NCBI GenBank assembly: GCA_038247415.1 | Contig: JBBRUX010000003.1 | Span: forward strand, 74,013-138,012 | Direction of reading: 5' to 3' | DNA from: Chitinivibrionales bacterium | GTDB taxonomy: Bacteria; Fibrobacterota; Chitinivibrionia; Chitinivibrionales; WJKA01 | DNA length: 64,000 bases | In this document: positions 48,081 to 57,944 of the stretch, piece after piece | How positions within the stretch are numbered: position 1 is the stretch's first letter | Layout of the letters: each line of letters opens with the position of its first letter | Program-made: the position numbers and the translations under genes | The notes under the pieces: generated by a model | What the model saw: the letters and a program-made list of their open reading frames with translations, nothing else | Database searches by the model: none | What the model was told of the DNA's origin: nothing

Positions 48081-51000
48081 TTACTGGGCGGCTGCGGCTT
48101 TAACCTCTTTTTCTAAAACCAAATCGGTTGGACAATTAAATTTTTGGAATACATCTCCAGCAAATGGATGATCTGAAGATGATGTTGCCATTCTGTACTC
48201 CTGCGCAATCGTATACATATTCTGCACATTGAGTTCCCATCGAGCGGTAAATGTTGAGGCATTTGTCTTTGCGATGCGAGCATTGCCTAAAAGCTTCATA
48301 AAACCCCACGCGCCATCGTAAGACATGTCTTGGGCAAAGTTGGTTCCAACAGCAATTTTAAGGTTCGCGCCAAGCGGTTGGGCATCAAGTGGCCACATAA
48401 TTTGTACCGATCTTCCCCCCAGAGGTATTTCGTAGGTTTGGCCGTTGACAATGAATGTTGCACCATATTTGTTGGCCGGCTGCGCTGTTATGGTAATAGC
48501 CAACGATCGCGTTGTTCCATCTGGTTTAAAAAAGATGTCTCGGATGCGTTCGGCTGATATAAGCGCTGGGGCTAAATCGGGATTAAAAGAGAGCGTAACG
48601 CTCCCTAGCGATTTGATCATCCAGCCCGAGGAAGTTTTTACCATAAAGGGTGATAATATTCTCTCGTAAAAACCAAAAAAGGTTCCCGTTGACGGACGAA
48701 AAAATTCCATGACATCCGAAAATCCGGCATCTTCTCCACGCGTAGAGAATGGATAACGCCCAGAAAACCGGCTGGTATACACTTTAATGATCTCGTCGTG
48801 CCATTTGGTGTTGAGGGAGCGTGTGAGTACTGCAGATACCGCATCGCTTGTAAAGGTGATGGGGAGAGTTAGGCAGGGCTTAACTGCATCGCCGAGTTTT
48901 GCTGGCATTGAGGTGATTTCGTTATTTGCATATTTATACGCCGAAAGGAGCGGGTCTGCATCATTGCCATTAAAATATTGAATAGCTTGTTGGTCACCTT
49001 GCTCGTTTACAGAAGTTAGTTTGTCGGATAAAACAAGGAGTTTGTCTCGATATCCCTGAAAGCCCGACATTGCTCCACCATTAGATCGGGCAAACAGCCT
49101 TAAAGCGTCAAAAATTCCGGTGCCTTCTGTTGAACGCGTAGGAAGCGATAATCCTAATTGGCCTCCAACCGATTCTATTTTGTCTATTTTTTTCATGAAC
49201 CCTTTGGTTGCTTTGTTTTTTGATGCAACGTCAAGCGCCGCCGAGCCTGTTTTTTCGAGTTCGTTAACGGATTTAAAAACGGTGTAATCTGCAACATTTT
49301 GAAGCACTATTTGTAATTCAGATCCATCTGCCGCAAGTTTTTTAAGAAGAAACGAACATCGCTGCAAATCGCCCATTTTATCGAGATATATACTCGAGAG
49401 AAAATCGAGCCAATGGGTTGAAAAATCTTCTTGGTACGCAGCGAGCATTTCATCGTAAAGTTGTTTGGGATCAAGCGAAGATTCAGGAACCTGGTCTTTG
49501 GTGATTCCTAAGACCCAGTCTATCGCATAGGGGTTTTTGCTCGCATCGGAAATTGCCTGGCTAACAAGTTGGTCCCAGCCTTGTTGTGTAAAGAGAAGGC
49601 TTACTGTTTTGTTACTTTTGAGGATTCCTTCGCCCGTGCGGCCAAGAATGTTATCGAGCGAAACTGTTTGTGGTGCTTCGGATGAAAGCCTATTGATAAC
49701 TGTATTGTAAATAGTCCTGGCATCGGGAAGTCTTTGTAACCGACTACGAGCCGTTGCAACCAGTGGCTGATTTTCTTGCAAAAGGGGAAACATCTGCCGT
49801 TTAAGATAGAATAAATACATGCTGATATTATTGTTAAGTACGATTTCGACATTTTCGGGCAATTTAGATTGATTAATAGTTGCTAAAATGGATCGTGTCA
49901 CCGCTTTGGTGATCATTCCCTTAAGAAATGTTGTATCGATATCTTTGGCACGACCAGAAACCATTTCAGACATTGATAAATAAGATTTTAAATTATCGTA
50001 TAAAGCTTGATATTCGTCTCCGGAAATCTCGGTGTAGGCTCCGGTTGCCTGGCGGATATCATATTCAAAGCACTTTTCGGCAGCGTTGACAACAAGCATT
50101 TCAATCCGGTCGAAATAAACCTTTTTCATTTCGTTAAGAATTCGCGATCCTTGGTAAAATCCAAGATTGCTAAAAAATGGTGCGCCTTTATCTTCGTAGC
50201 GTTGCAAGAGGGCAATTGAGGTGCGGAGTATTTCGAGGGATTCGTAATGCTCAATGACATTTGTTGACCCTTGTGGTAGTGAGGCCAGATTACCAGAAAG
50301 TGATCCAATAAAATCGGATGAGCGAACCTTTGCCATACTCACAAAAAAGCCGACTATGGCAGCGACTACTACGATACTGCCGATTATTGCATAATGTCGG
50401 ATGAGTTCGCTACGAGATCGGGCCTGGGTAGTCTTGACAAGTACTTTATCTCGAACCATAATTTTCGAAAAGAGCGGAAGTGTGAAAACCGATGAAACCG
50501 TAGGTCCTTTTGTTGATTGACGGGGCGTTGCATCTTTTTGAGATCGGGGCAATGATTTATTAGGATTAAGTGGATGGTTAACGATGGTTTGTCCTACTGA
50601 TGGCTCGGAATGTGGGCTGCTCTCTTCTTGGGGGATATCGGTTCTGCGGCAGCTAGTAAAGTAAAAGCCTCTAAAGAGTGGTTTCCCAACATAGCTTGAG
50701 GGCTTGAAGAGTTCGGTTACAAGCAATGAGAGCTTTTCTTGCATTGCTTCAAAATGTATGACAAAACGGCAAATCATGCGTTTGCGAGAATCTGCTTTTT
50801 CGGTATGGAGGCTGTCGAGCCGAAAGTCGGTGAGCGATTTGCACAGGAGAGAATATTCTTCGGCAAAGGCAACGCGGGGCATCATTTTTTGCTTTTCGAG
50901 TGGAATTGTGGCTCCAAAAACCTGATTTTGGGCAGTGGAAAGATTTTTGCCAAAATACTCGTTAAAACCGGGAATTTCGTCGGCATGATTAAATATAAGG

Positions 51001-51713
51001 TATACGGGAAATTCTATTCCCCATAAGGCTATGAGTTCATCGATACGACCGCGAAATCCTTTTGCCATAGAACGAATACCGTTATCGTCGGTGGCCAGCA
51101 CGGCGGTAGCGTCTACTACAAGCGCAATACCATCGATGGGCCTAATTGGTCGACTTTGCTTAAGTGCTGCGGCAAAAGCTTGCCATTCATCGTTTGAGGA
51201 TTCGTCAAGGAGTTCTCCCGGGAGATCTATCCAGACAGCTTCATTGGCAAATTGCCAATAAATTTGAGAATTTCCCTCGATCTGCGCACCATCCCTCTCC
51301 GAAGGGTAGGAGAGCGGAAAGGTAAGTCCGGAGCCTTTAAGGAGTGACGATTTTCCTGCACGGGGGGATCCACATAAGAGGAAAAATGGCCTTTCGTACA
51401 GCGCATTTTTGCGCCGGATACCAGAGAACATAACGCTTTTAAGGTAGCGGCCAATCGCTTGATTACAATCGGTGATCATTCTTTGGAGTGTGGTATTGTT
51501 ACCAGAAAATGCTACTGTAGCGCGGGGTTTCTTCTTTTTACCCATTGTAATTGTGAGCGTAATGAGCAACAGGTCGGTAACCATCATGATGCCAAAGACG
51601 ATCCAGCCGATCCAGGGATAAAAATTGAGGACACTAAAGATGATTGGAAAAAGTATTGCAATCATAAGAAGTATCGACCAGAGGACAATCCGACCAGCAG
51701 TAAGTTTTTTCAT
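48081..51713 (-). CDS. tssM: Type VI secretion membrane subunit TssM (IcmF)
   Basis: Two N-terminal TMs, LY..PFFLLCGSPRAGKSSLL, W.F..EAVWID.PG, RPIDG, FPVYLI, FRGFYFTS, third TM, GRYPF, C-terminal GAWGFMKLL. Confidence 0.9.
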   Translation of the reverse strand: MKKLTAGRIVLWSILLMIAILFPIIFSVLNFYPWIGWIVFGIMMVTDLLLITLTITMGKKKKPRATVAFSGNNTTLQRMITDCNQAIGRYLKSVMFSGIRRKNALYERPFFLLCGSPRAGKSSLLKGSGLTFPLSYPSERDGAQIEGNSQIYWQFANEAVWIDLPGELLDESSNDEWQAFAAALKQSRPIRPIDGIALVVDATAVLATDDNGIRSMAKGFRGRIDELIALWGIEFPVYLIFNHADEIPGFNEYFGKNLSTAQNQVFGATIPLEKQKMMPRVAFAEEYSLLCKSLTDFRLDSLHTEKADSRKRMICRFVIHFEAMQEKLSLLVTELFKPSSYVGKPLFRGFYFTSCRRTDIPQEESSPHSEPSVGQTIVNHPLNPNKSLPRSQKDATPRQSTKGPTVSSVFTLPLFSKIMVRDKVLVKTTQARSRSELIRHYAIIGSIVVVAAIVGFFVSMAKVRSSDFIGSLSGNLASLPQGSTNVIEHYESLEILRTSIALLQRYEDKGAPFFSNLGFYQGSRILNEMKKVYFDRIEMLVVNAAEKCFEYDIRQATGAYTEISGDEYQALYDNLKSYLSMSEMVSGRAKDIDTTFLKGMITKAVTRSILATINQSKLPENVEIVLNNNISMYLFYLKRQMFPLLQENQPLVATARSRLQRLPDARTIYNTVINRLSSEAPQTVSLDNILGRTGEGILKSNKTVSLLFTQQGWDQLVSQAISDASKNPYAIDWVLGITKDQVPESSLDPKQLYDEMLAAYQEDFSTHWLDFLSSIYLDKMGDLQRCSFLLKKLAADGSELQIVLQNVADYTVFKSVNELEKTGSAALDVASKNKATKGFMKKIDKIESVGGQLGLSLPTRSTEGTGIFDALRLFARSNGGAMSGFQGYRDKLLVLSDKLTSVNEQGDQQAIQYFNGNDADPLLSAYKYANNEITSMPAKLGDAVKPCLTLPITFTSDAVSAVLTRSLNTKWHDEIIKVYTSRFSGRYPFSTRGEDAGFSDVMEFFRPSTGTFFGFYERILSPFMVKTSSGWMIKSLGSVTLSFNPDLAPALISAERIRDIFFKPDGTTRSLAITITAQPANKYGATFIVNGQTYEIPLGGRSVQIMWPLDAQPLGANLKIAVGTNFAQDMSYDGAWGFMKLLGNARIAKTNASTFTARWELNVQNMYTIAQEYRMATSSSDHPFAGDVFQKFNCPTDLVLEKEVKAAAAQ

Positions 51714-51719
51714 GGGTGC

Positions 51720-52466
51720 TTATCTTTGGGAAAGAGATTGGATACGAGTGATAATTGAACGCACTGCAGTTTCGTTGCTTAAGAAGAATGCTCCATACAG
51801 AATTGCCAGAGAAGCAATGCAGACGGTTGCCGCAATCCAGAGCGGTAAAAGCATGACTTTCCCTTTTGGGGGTTTCCCGCCTTCTGCATGATAGGCATGA
51901 GGAGAAAGTGTTGTGGATGCATTAACCTTTAGTTTTTTAAGGCGAATGCCAAGGTCTTCGATGATGGTTGCTCGTTCTTGCATATTTCCGATTTTGTATT
52001 TGCCTTCAAATCCGAGTGAAAGACAGAGGTAATAGACAACGAGGACATCTTTCTTTTTTTCGGATTCAAGCAGGATTTTTTCGAGTCGCTTAAAAAATTC
52101 TTGTCCTGCATTGCTATGTCCAAAGAAATCGAGCTGCAAGGGGTGAGAAAGCCAGAAATCGCGGCACTCACCAGGTATCGAAAGAACTGTTTCGTCAATA
52201 AGTGCAACAAGCGCATAGGTAACATCTTCGATAGCTTCTGGATTCATGGCAAACGTTGCGCAGTTTTTCTTAAAAAGATCGAGATAATAGGCAATGAGCT
52301 TTCGAAGGGCAGCGGGATCGCCAAGGTTTTCGGCCTCTCGCATCCGGATGACAATCAGGAAAAGGTCGGTGCACAGTGAAGAGACGCTTCTGTTCCCGCC
52401 AATTGTTTTAGACAAATCAAGGTTCATGGTTTGTCCAACCATGGTATCTACAAATGATCCTGCCAT
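51720..52466 (-). CDS. tssL: Type VI secretion protein TssL (DotU family)
   Basis: YALVALIDE, W...PLQL.FFG...AG.EFF..L, YYLCLSLGFEGKY; C-terminal TM; no OmpA domain. Confidence 0.9.
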   Translation of the reverse strand: MAGSFVDTMVGQTMNLDLSKTIGGNRSVSSLCTDLFLIVIRMREAENLGDPAALRKLIAYYLDLFKKNCATFAMNPEAIEDVTYALVALIDETVLSIPGECRDFWLSHPLQLDFFGHSNAGQEFFKRLEKILLESEKKKDVLVVYYLCLSLGFEGKYKIGNMQERATIIEDLGIRLKKLKVNASTTLSPHAYHAEGGKPPKGKVMLLPLWIAATVCIASLAILYGAFFLSNETAVRSIITRIQSLSQR

Positions 52467-52519
52467 ACTCAGTCATATCCTCGGAAAACGGTGGTAATCG
52501 AGAGCTACGTGTAGTTACA

Positions 52520-53872
52520 TTAAGCTTTTAGTGCTACTATTTCCAATTTGAGATCGGAATAATTGTTTGGAAAATAAATTGCTATCGATGCCGAAAGGGC
52601 AACACCCTTCCATAAATCGCTTTGCTGATCGAAACTAAAATAATGATACCCCGGTTTGGTTGACAACGCCTCAGGGGGGCGGGACGTATGCATGAGTTGA
52701 ACACCAGGCATGGCCGATGCTATGAGCATGTCAAGTTTATCGGGAGAACACGATTTGACACGAGAGACAACACCCACAATAAGTTCTTTTTCTGGGGCCG
52801 TAGCGCTAATGGCAAAGTAAAAACGAGCATTGCTCGTAAAGAGTCGTGGATCGGGGCAGCGCGCGACATAGGTAGATGGGCGAACTTGCTCAAGGGGCAT
52901 AATAACCGAGCCTGCAGAAATTTCTGCATTCAGTATGGTTCTAAGCAATTGCATGAATCTATCGAGCACTGCACCAAAACTAGCATGATCATAGCGAGGC
53001 AAATTACGAATAGAGATACTAGAAGAAAATGTACACAATGCGCCTAGAAATTGGGTGAGAAGAGTAAACAGTTCGAAGGGATGCGTTTCGTTGGCGAGAT
53101 GATGATGGTTTATAAGTGGTGTATACGTGTTGAGTGTGTAAAGAAGTCGAAATGCAGTTTCTTCTGCTCCGCTAAATTCTGCAAATCCGCCATCCACTTG
53201 TTTTCTGGAAGCAGAAAGGTTTGTGATTTTGGCGAGAAGAATTTCGAGCATAGATCGGAGCTGTGCTCCAATAAAAGGCGATGCGCAGCAGTAAAGTAGT
53301 GGGGGAATAAACTTTTCGTCGAGAGCAATTTGTCCCGATGCGTTGCGAACGAGGCGACAAATGGGCAACGATGCGTGGTCATCGATGGTTTCGTCGCTAA
53401 AAAGGATGCGGAAGTTGTATGAACCAATTTCTACATTTTTTTTCTGAACGCCGAATACTTCATCGGTCACTGAAATTTCTTTTCCGCTAAATCGGGTATT
53501 CTGGCCTTCAGATTGCACAGAGGCAACGTCTGGTTTTCCTTCTATTACATACGGCAATGCCATAAAAACATCAAGGGATTGTCGTTCTGGGGTAAAATGA
53601 TCGACAAAAGACCTTGGAATAGGCAATGGCCCTTTCAAGGGAACGTCAAAGGCAACACCATCGGGAAGAACCCCGCGTGCTCTCGTAATTGAAATAAGAT
53701 TGCTTCCAATTGCATCTGGATCCACCACAATTTCGGTAAATCCCGCACAATAGGTGTTTTGTGCCTTAAACCGCATTTGAAGAGAATCGAGAAGAAATCG
53801 CTCATTTTGCTGGAAATGATGAGGTTGTAGAAACATTCCCTCTTTCCAGATTACCTTAGATGTATCGAGCAC
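52520..53872 (-). CDS. tssK: Type VI secretion baseplate subunit TssK
   Basis: VIWKEGMFLQPHHFQQ, G..PDG..FD.P, FIPP.L, HP..LF, Y.H, AMPGV.L. GTG start after AAGGAG. Confidence 0.92.
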   Translation of the reverse strand: MLDTSKVIWKEGMFLQPHHFQQNERFLLDSLQMRFKAQNTYCAGFTEIVVDPDAIGSNLISITRARGVLPDGVAFDVPLKGPLPIPRSFVDHFTPERQSLDVFMALPYVIEGKPDVASVQSEGQNTRFSGKEISVTDEVFGVQKKNVEIGSYNFRILFSDETIDDHASLPICRLVRNASGQIALDEKFIPPLLYCCASPFIGAQLRSMLEILLAKITNLSASRKQVDGGFAEFSGAEETAFRLLYTLNTYTPLINHHHLANETHPFELFTLLTQFLGALCTFSSSISIRNLPRYDHASFGAVLDRFMQLLRTILNAEISAGSVIMPLEQVRPSTYVARCPDPRLFTSNARFYFAISATAPEKELIVGVVSRVKSCSPDKLDMLIASAMPGVQLMHTSRPPEALSTKPGYHYFSFDQQSDLWKGVALSASIAIYFPNNYSDLKLEIVALKA

Positions 53873-54005
53873 ACGAATCTCCTTGTCGAAAAAATGCGTG
53901 AAACCTAGTGTAAGACAATTATTTTACTACAGTATCGGAATAAATAATATATTGTGTACAAAATAAAATGTGCTCGTGTCTGTTTTTTAAAAAAAAGGAG
54001 CAATA

Positions 54006-54755
54006 ATGCGTTTGGTCCAGATTTCTCTACTTTTGCAGCTCATTGCTGGCATATGCGCACCATGTGTCGTGTATGCCGAAGGCACTCTCACCGTAAAGAC
54101 TGTGCCCGAGGGCATAGAGGTGTGGCTTGATGATAAATATGTTGGCGAATCGCCCATTGTCGAAAAAAAATTAAAAGCTGGTCGTTACGCTCTTAAAATT
54201 ATCGATCCAATGCAACATGTGAGTACTAACGAAGAGGTATTTGTTCAAGAAAATCAGCTTACGCTTGTAGAAAAAACGTTAAAGGCGAAATTTGGCTCTC
54301 TCAAAATTGCCACCGATCCAGAAGGTGCCGATGTTTTTATTTCTACGCCGCTGGGCAAAACACCTATATCTAATGACTTTATGGTGCCCGGAAAATATCG
54401 CCTCGAAATTCGCTATCCAGGCAAGCAATATGAGCCTGCAACCGAAGATATCACCGTTCCAATGGGCGATATCGTTTCGCTCAATAAGCCCCTTAAAGAG
54501 AAAGCCATTCTAACCAATAAAGCTATAGCTCGGTTATTGCTTGGTGCTGGCGCTATCGGCGGATTTGTTTTTGCTATTGTTAAGCAAAATGAGTATGCGA
54601 AATATCATGCACGTGTTGATGATCTAAAGAATTATTCCGCCACTCAACGCGAAGAGGCCGCTACAAAAGCATCAACCGAAGGCGTTTGGCGCACGCTTGG
54701 TATCGTTGGGGGCAGCTTATGCGTAATAGGTTTTGAAATAGTTGCCTTTTTTTAG
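54006..54755 (+). CDS. Exported PEGA-domain protein
   Basis: Signal peptide; VKTVPEGIEVWLD and IATDPEGADVFI PEGA repeats; two C-terminal hydrophobic segments. Confidence 0.85.
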   Translation: MRLVQISLLLQLIAGICAPCVVYAEGTLTVKTVPEGIEVWLDDKYVGESPIVEKKLKAGRYALKIIDPMQHVSTNEEVFVQENQLTLVEKTLKAKFGSLKIATDPEGADVFISTPLGKTPISNDFMVPGKYRLEIRYPGKQYEPATEDITVPMGDIVSLNKPLKEKAILTNKAIARLLLGAGAIGGFVFAIVKQNEYAKYHARVDDLKNYSATQREEAATKASTEGVWRTLGIVGGSLCVIGFEIVAFF

Positions 54756-54804
54756 TGAAGCAAATTATGATATGCAATAAAGATGAAGATGCAAAATTGC
54801 CGTT

Positions 54805-54891
54805 CGTTTCGACGGTGCTCAACGTTCGGGTCTCCAAATCGCGCCCTGAGGCCCCAGTCCTGAGCCTTTGACCCTGAGCTTGTCGAAGGGG
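54805..54891. repeat. REP/MITE-like palindromic element
   Basis: TTCGACGGTGCTCA ... TGAGCTTGTCGAAGGG inverted pair with three internal CCTGAG repeats. Confidence 0.55.
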
Positions 54892-54965
54892 TACTGTTGA
54901 AAGAGTTTTGCACATAACACTGTAATGAGTTCCATATTTTTTTCCAGGAAGATTGCACATAGGCA

Positions 54966-56978
54966 ATGACACCAAATACTTCATTTCCGCAAGAGCCAGA
55001 TAATTTTGATAAAACTATGGTAGAGGGGTCTGCTGCCTCTATCCCTATTAATCAAGTGCCCGCAGGCACAAAAATTAATGTGGGTCAAACGCGGGGCGCT
55101 CCAAAGACCTATGTTCCCAGTGGCGGAAACGGCCCGGGAGACGGTATCTTACCAACGGGCGACGATCCTGTTCCACTTGGGTCTGGCACTATTGCTGGGC
55201 GTTTGGGAACTGGGGGCATGGCAACTGTTTACAAAATCTGGAATGAAAGGCTCGAGGTTTTTCGTGCTATCAAGATTTTACTCCCCACGCATCAAGCAGA
55301 TTTAAAAAGCAGGTTTGAGACCGAAGGAAAAATTACTGCTAAACTTCGGCATCCCAATGTGGTTGAGATTTTTGCAGTGGGCGAGTGGAATGGTTTGCCT
55401 TTTTTAGAAATGGAACTCATTGAAGGTCAGTCCCTTGAAGCTTTTATTACTCGTGCAGATCGGTTGCCCATCACGATGTGCACAGCCGTTGGCATCGCGG
55501 TTGCCCGGGCGCTTGTGTATGCACATAGCCAAGAAGTTCTTATTTATGGCAAAACTTACCAAGGGGTTATCCATCGCGATCTGAAGCCCGCTAATATCAT
55601 GATTGATAAAAACGGCCGTGTAAAGCTTATGGATTTTGGAATTGCACGTCCCACCGAAACAAGTTTACATACCGTCGAAGGCAATATTGTGGGCACATTG
55701 CCCTATTTATCTCCCGAACAAATTGATGGTGTAGATATCGATGCGCGGGTGGATATTTACGCGCTTGGAACAATTCTTTATGAAATGGTAACGGGAACAA
55801 AAACTTTTCCGCAAAAATCAGTTACCAATCTTATGAAAAACAAGATTACGAATCAGTATCGTACCTTCGAGGACTTTGATTTTAAAGTGCCTCCAGTATT
55901 GGCAAAGATTGTTCAGAAGTGTTTGCAGGTAGAACGTGATGACCGCTATAAAAACGCAAAAGCATTGCTTGACGCATTAGAAGCGGCTCATGCAACTTTA
56001 GTAAATCAAACACCAGAAGAAACGGTAGCCGCGTACTGTCATAATCCTTTTAGCAAAACCGAATCGTTACCTTCGCGCGGGGGCAAAAGATTTTCTCCGC
56101 TTGCATTAATTCGTAAACCTGCTGTGTGGGGATCTTTGGCGGGTGCAGCTGTTTTGGGATGCGTGGCAATTATCCTCGTGGTAACCGGGCCTACAGGGGA
56201 AAATTCCCCGGCTAAAGAACCTCCCGTGAGTGCAGCGGCCCAAACTCCGGTGGCAACAGAAGCCCCCGTGGCTCCTGCTCAAGAATCGCAAGAAGGATTG
56301 CGACCTTTAGGCGCATCTTCGAGCAGTACTCAAGCCGAGGCTCCGTTGCCCTCACCTAAGCCAGAACCTGTGCAACCAGTACGTAAAACTGCAACACCAG
56401 AACCTGTGGCAAAAGCAGCTCGTACGGTACCTGCTCCTGGTGCCAGTGGTAAAAAAGAAGGCTCCCTAGCAGAGCTTATTAAAAAATATAATGGATCTGA
56501 TGCCTTGGCGAGTGGAGAGTCTGCCCTCAGATCAGGTTCCTCTCAAGATGCGGTGCTTCTTCTTGAATCGGTATCTACGCCTTCAGATCGACGAACGGTG
56601 TTGTTACTCGAGGCCTACACGCAGAGCGGACGCATGTCTGATGCTCGATCAATTGTCACTGGCTCTGCGGTGAATGATGCTCAATATGTGTTTTTGTGCG
56701 GTCTTTACAATTACAAAAGTGGTAATAGAGATAAAGCGCTTGATTTCCTTCAAAGTGCATTTACAAAACCGAGCACTGTCCGCCCTCGTGGAGATGTGCT
56801 CAACGATGCGCTGTATTATACGGCGCTTATTCGAGTCGATAATTATCGGGACGAACCAACTGTTGATAATAAAGGTATTGCAATGCAAGCTTTGCGGGTT
56901 GTAAAAAATGCGTATCAAAGCAACGACTCGCATCCCCGTTACACCCGGGTGGTTAATGAATTGTCTACTTTGAAATAG
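54966..56978 (+). CDS. Hanks-type Ser/Thr protein kinase with a TM helix and a periplasmic TPR-like domain
   Basis: LGTGGMATVY, AIKIL, HRDLKPANIM, DFGIA, GTLPYLSPEQ, DIYALG; TM near aa 385-410. Confidence 0.92.
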   Translation: MTPNTSFPQEPDNFDKTMVEGSAASIPINQVPAGTKINVGQTRGAPKTYVPSGGNGPGDGILPTGDDPVPLGSGTIAGRLGTGGMATVYKIWNERLEVFRAIKILLPTHQADLKSRFETEGKITAKLRHPNVVEIFAVGEWNGLPFLEMELIEGQSLEAFITRADRLPITMCTAVGIAVARALVYAHSQEVLIYGKTYQGVIHRDLKPANIMIDKNGRVKLMDFGIARPTETSLHTVEGNIVGTLPYLSPEQIDGVDIDARVDIYALGTILYEMVTGTKTFPQKSVTNLMKNKITNQYRTFEDFDFKVPPVLAKIVQKCLQVERDDRYKNAKALLDALEAAHATLVNQTPEETVAAYCHNPFSKTESLPSRGGKRFSPLALIRKPAVWGSLAGAAVLGCVAIILVVTGPTGENSPAKEPPVSAAAQTPVATEAPVAPAQESQEGLRPLGASSSSTQAEAPLPSPKPEPVQPVRKTATPEPVAKAARTVPAPGASGKKEGSLAELIKKYNGSDALASGESALRSGSSQDAVLLLESVSTPSDRRTVLLLEAYTQSGRMSDARSIVTGSAVNDAQYVFLCGLYNYKSGNRDKALDFLQSAFTKPSTVRPRGDVLNDALYYTALIRVDNYRDEPTVDNKGIAMQALRVVKNAYQSNDSHPRYTRVVNELSTLK

Positions 56979-57104
56979 CCACAGCAGCATCAAACTTCAG
57001 AATGCTCTATTTATTTTGAGAAGCTTGCATTATCGATTGAAGAAAAGTTACAATTGAGCTGAAGGTTAGGTTTTCGTACTTATCCCGTTTTTTGGAGAAA
57101 ACGA

Positions 57105-57944
57105 ATGTATATACGGTGTTGGGGAGCTCGCGGTTCATTGCCTGTTAGCGGCGCACAGTACGAAAAATACGGTGGTGATACTACGTGCATGGAAATCAGA
57201 AGCAGCAAGGGCGACATAATCGTTATTGATGCTGGCTCGGGTATTCGTGCGCTCGGGAACAAGCTTGCCAAAGAAAAAGTTAAGAAATTTGATATTCTCT
57301 TTACACATGCTCATTGGGACCATCTCCTTGGGTTTCCTTTTTTCTATCCGGTTTATCAAAAAGGTGTTGATATTACTGTTCGTGGGTGTCCGTTTACCAT
57401 GGCATCGTATCGACGCATTCTAGACGGGCTTATGAGTGCTCCTTATTTCCCTGTAGGCCTCGAAGCGATTCGCGCTAAATTGCGCTTTGTTAATATCAAT
57501 ACTCGTGCCTTTAACATAGGATCTATTAAGGTTCGACCTGTGTATATCAGTCATCCGAATGGCGGGCTTGGTTTTCGTTTCGAAGAAAATGGCAAATCCT
57601 TTGTTTTTATTACCGATAACGAACTCGATTATGTCCATGATATGGGTTTAGAATTTAGTGAATATGTAAAGTTTTGCGAAGGCGCCGACTTGCTTATCCA
57701 CGATGCAGAGTTTACCGATTCGGATTATCAGGTGTATCGCCTTTTTGGGCATTCTCAATATACCGATACTGTTAATCTTGCGATTCAGGCAAAGGTTAAA
57801 AAGCTTGGGTTATTTCACCTGAATAAAGAACGAACCGATAAAAAAGTTGATAGTATGGTAGATCGCTCAAAGAAAATTATCGCCAAGAGTGGTCAGGAAA
57901 TCGAGTGTTTTGCTGTAGGCAGTTCTTTTGAAATGAAGCTTTAA
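57105..57944 (+). CDS. Metallo-beta-lactamase-fold hydrolase (phosphodiesterase-like)
   Basis: WGARGSLP, YGGDTTC, THAHWDH..G, HP, TDNE, GHS, LFH. Confidence 0.88.
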   Translation: MYIRCWGARGSLPVSGAQYEKYGGDTTCMEIRSSKGDIIVIDAGSGIRALGNKLAKEKVKKFDILFTHAHWDHLLGFPFFYPVYQKGVDITVRGCPFTMASYRRILDGLMSAPYFPVGLEAIRAKLRFVNINTRAFNIGSIKVRPVYISHPNGGLGFRFEENGKSFVFITDNELDYVHDMGLEFSEYVKFCEGADLLIHDAEFTDSDYQVYRLFGHSQYTDTVNLAIQAKVKKLGLFHLNKERTDKKVDSMVDRSKKIIAKSGQEIECFAVGSSFEMKL

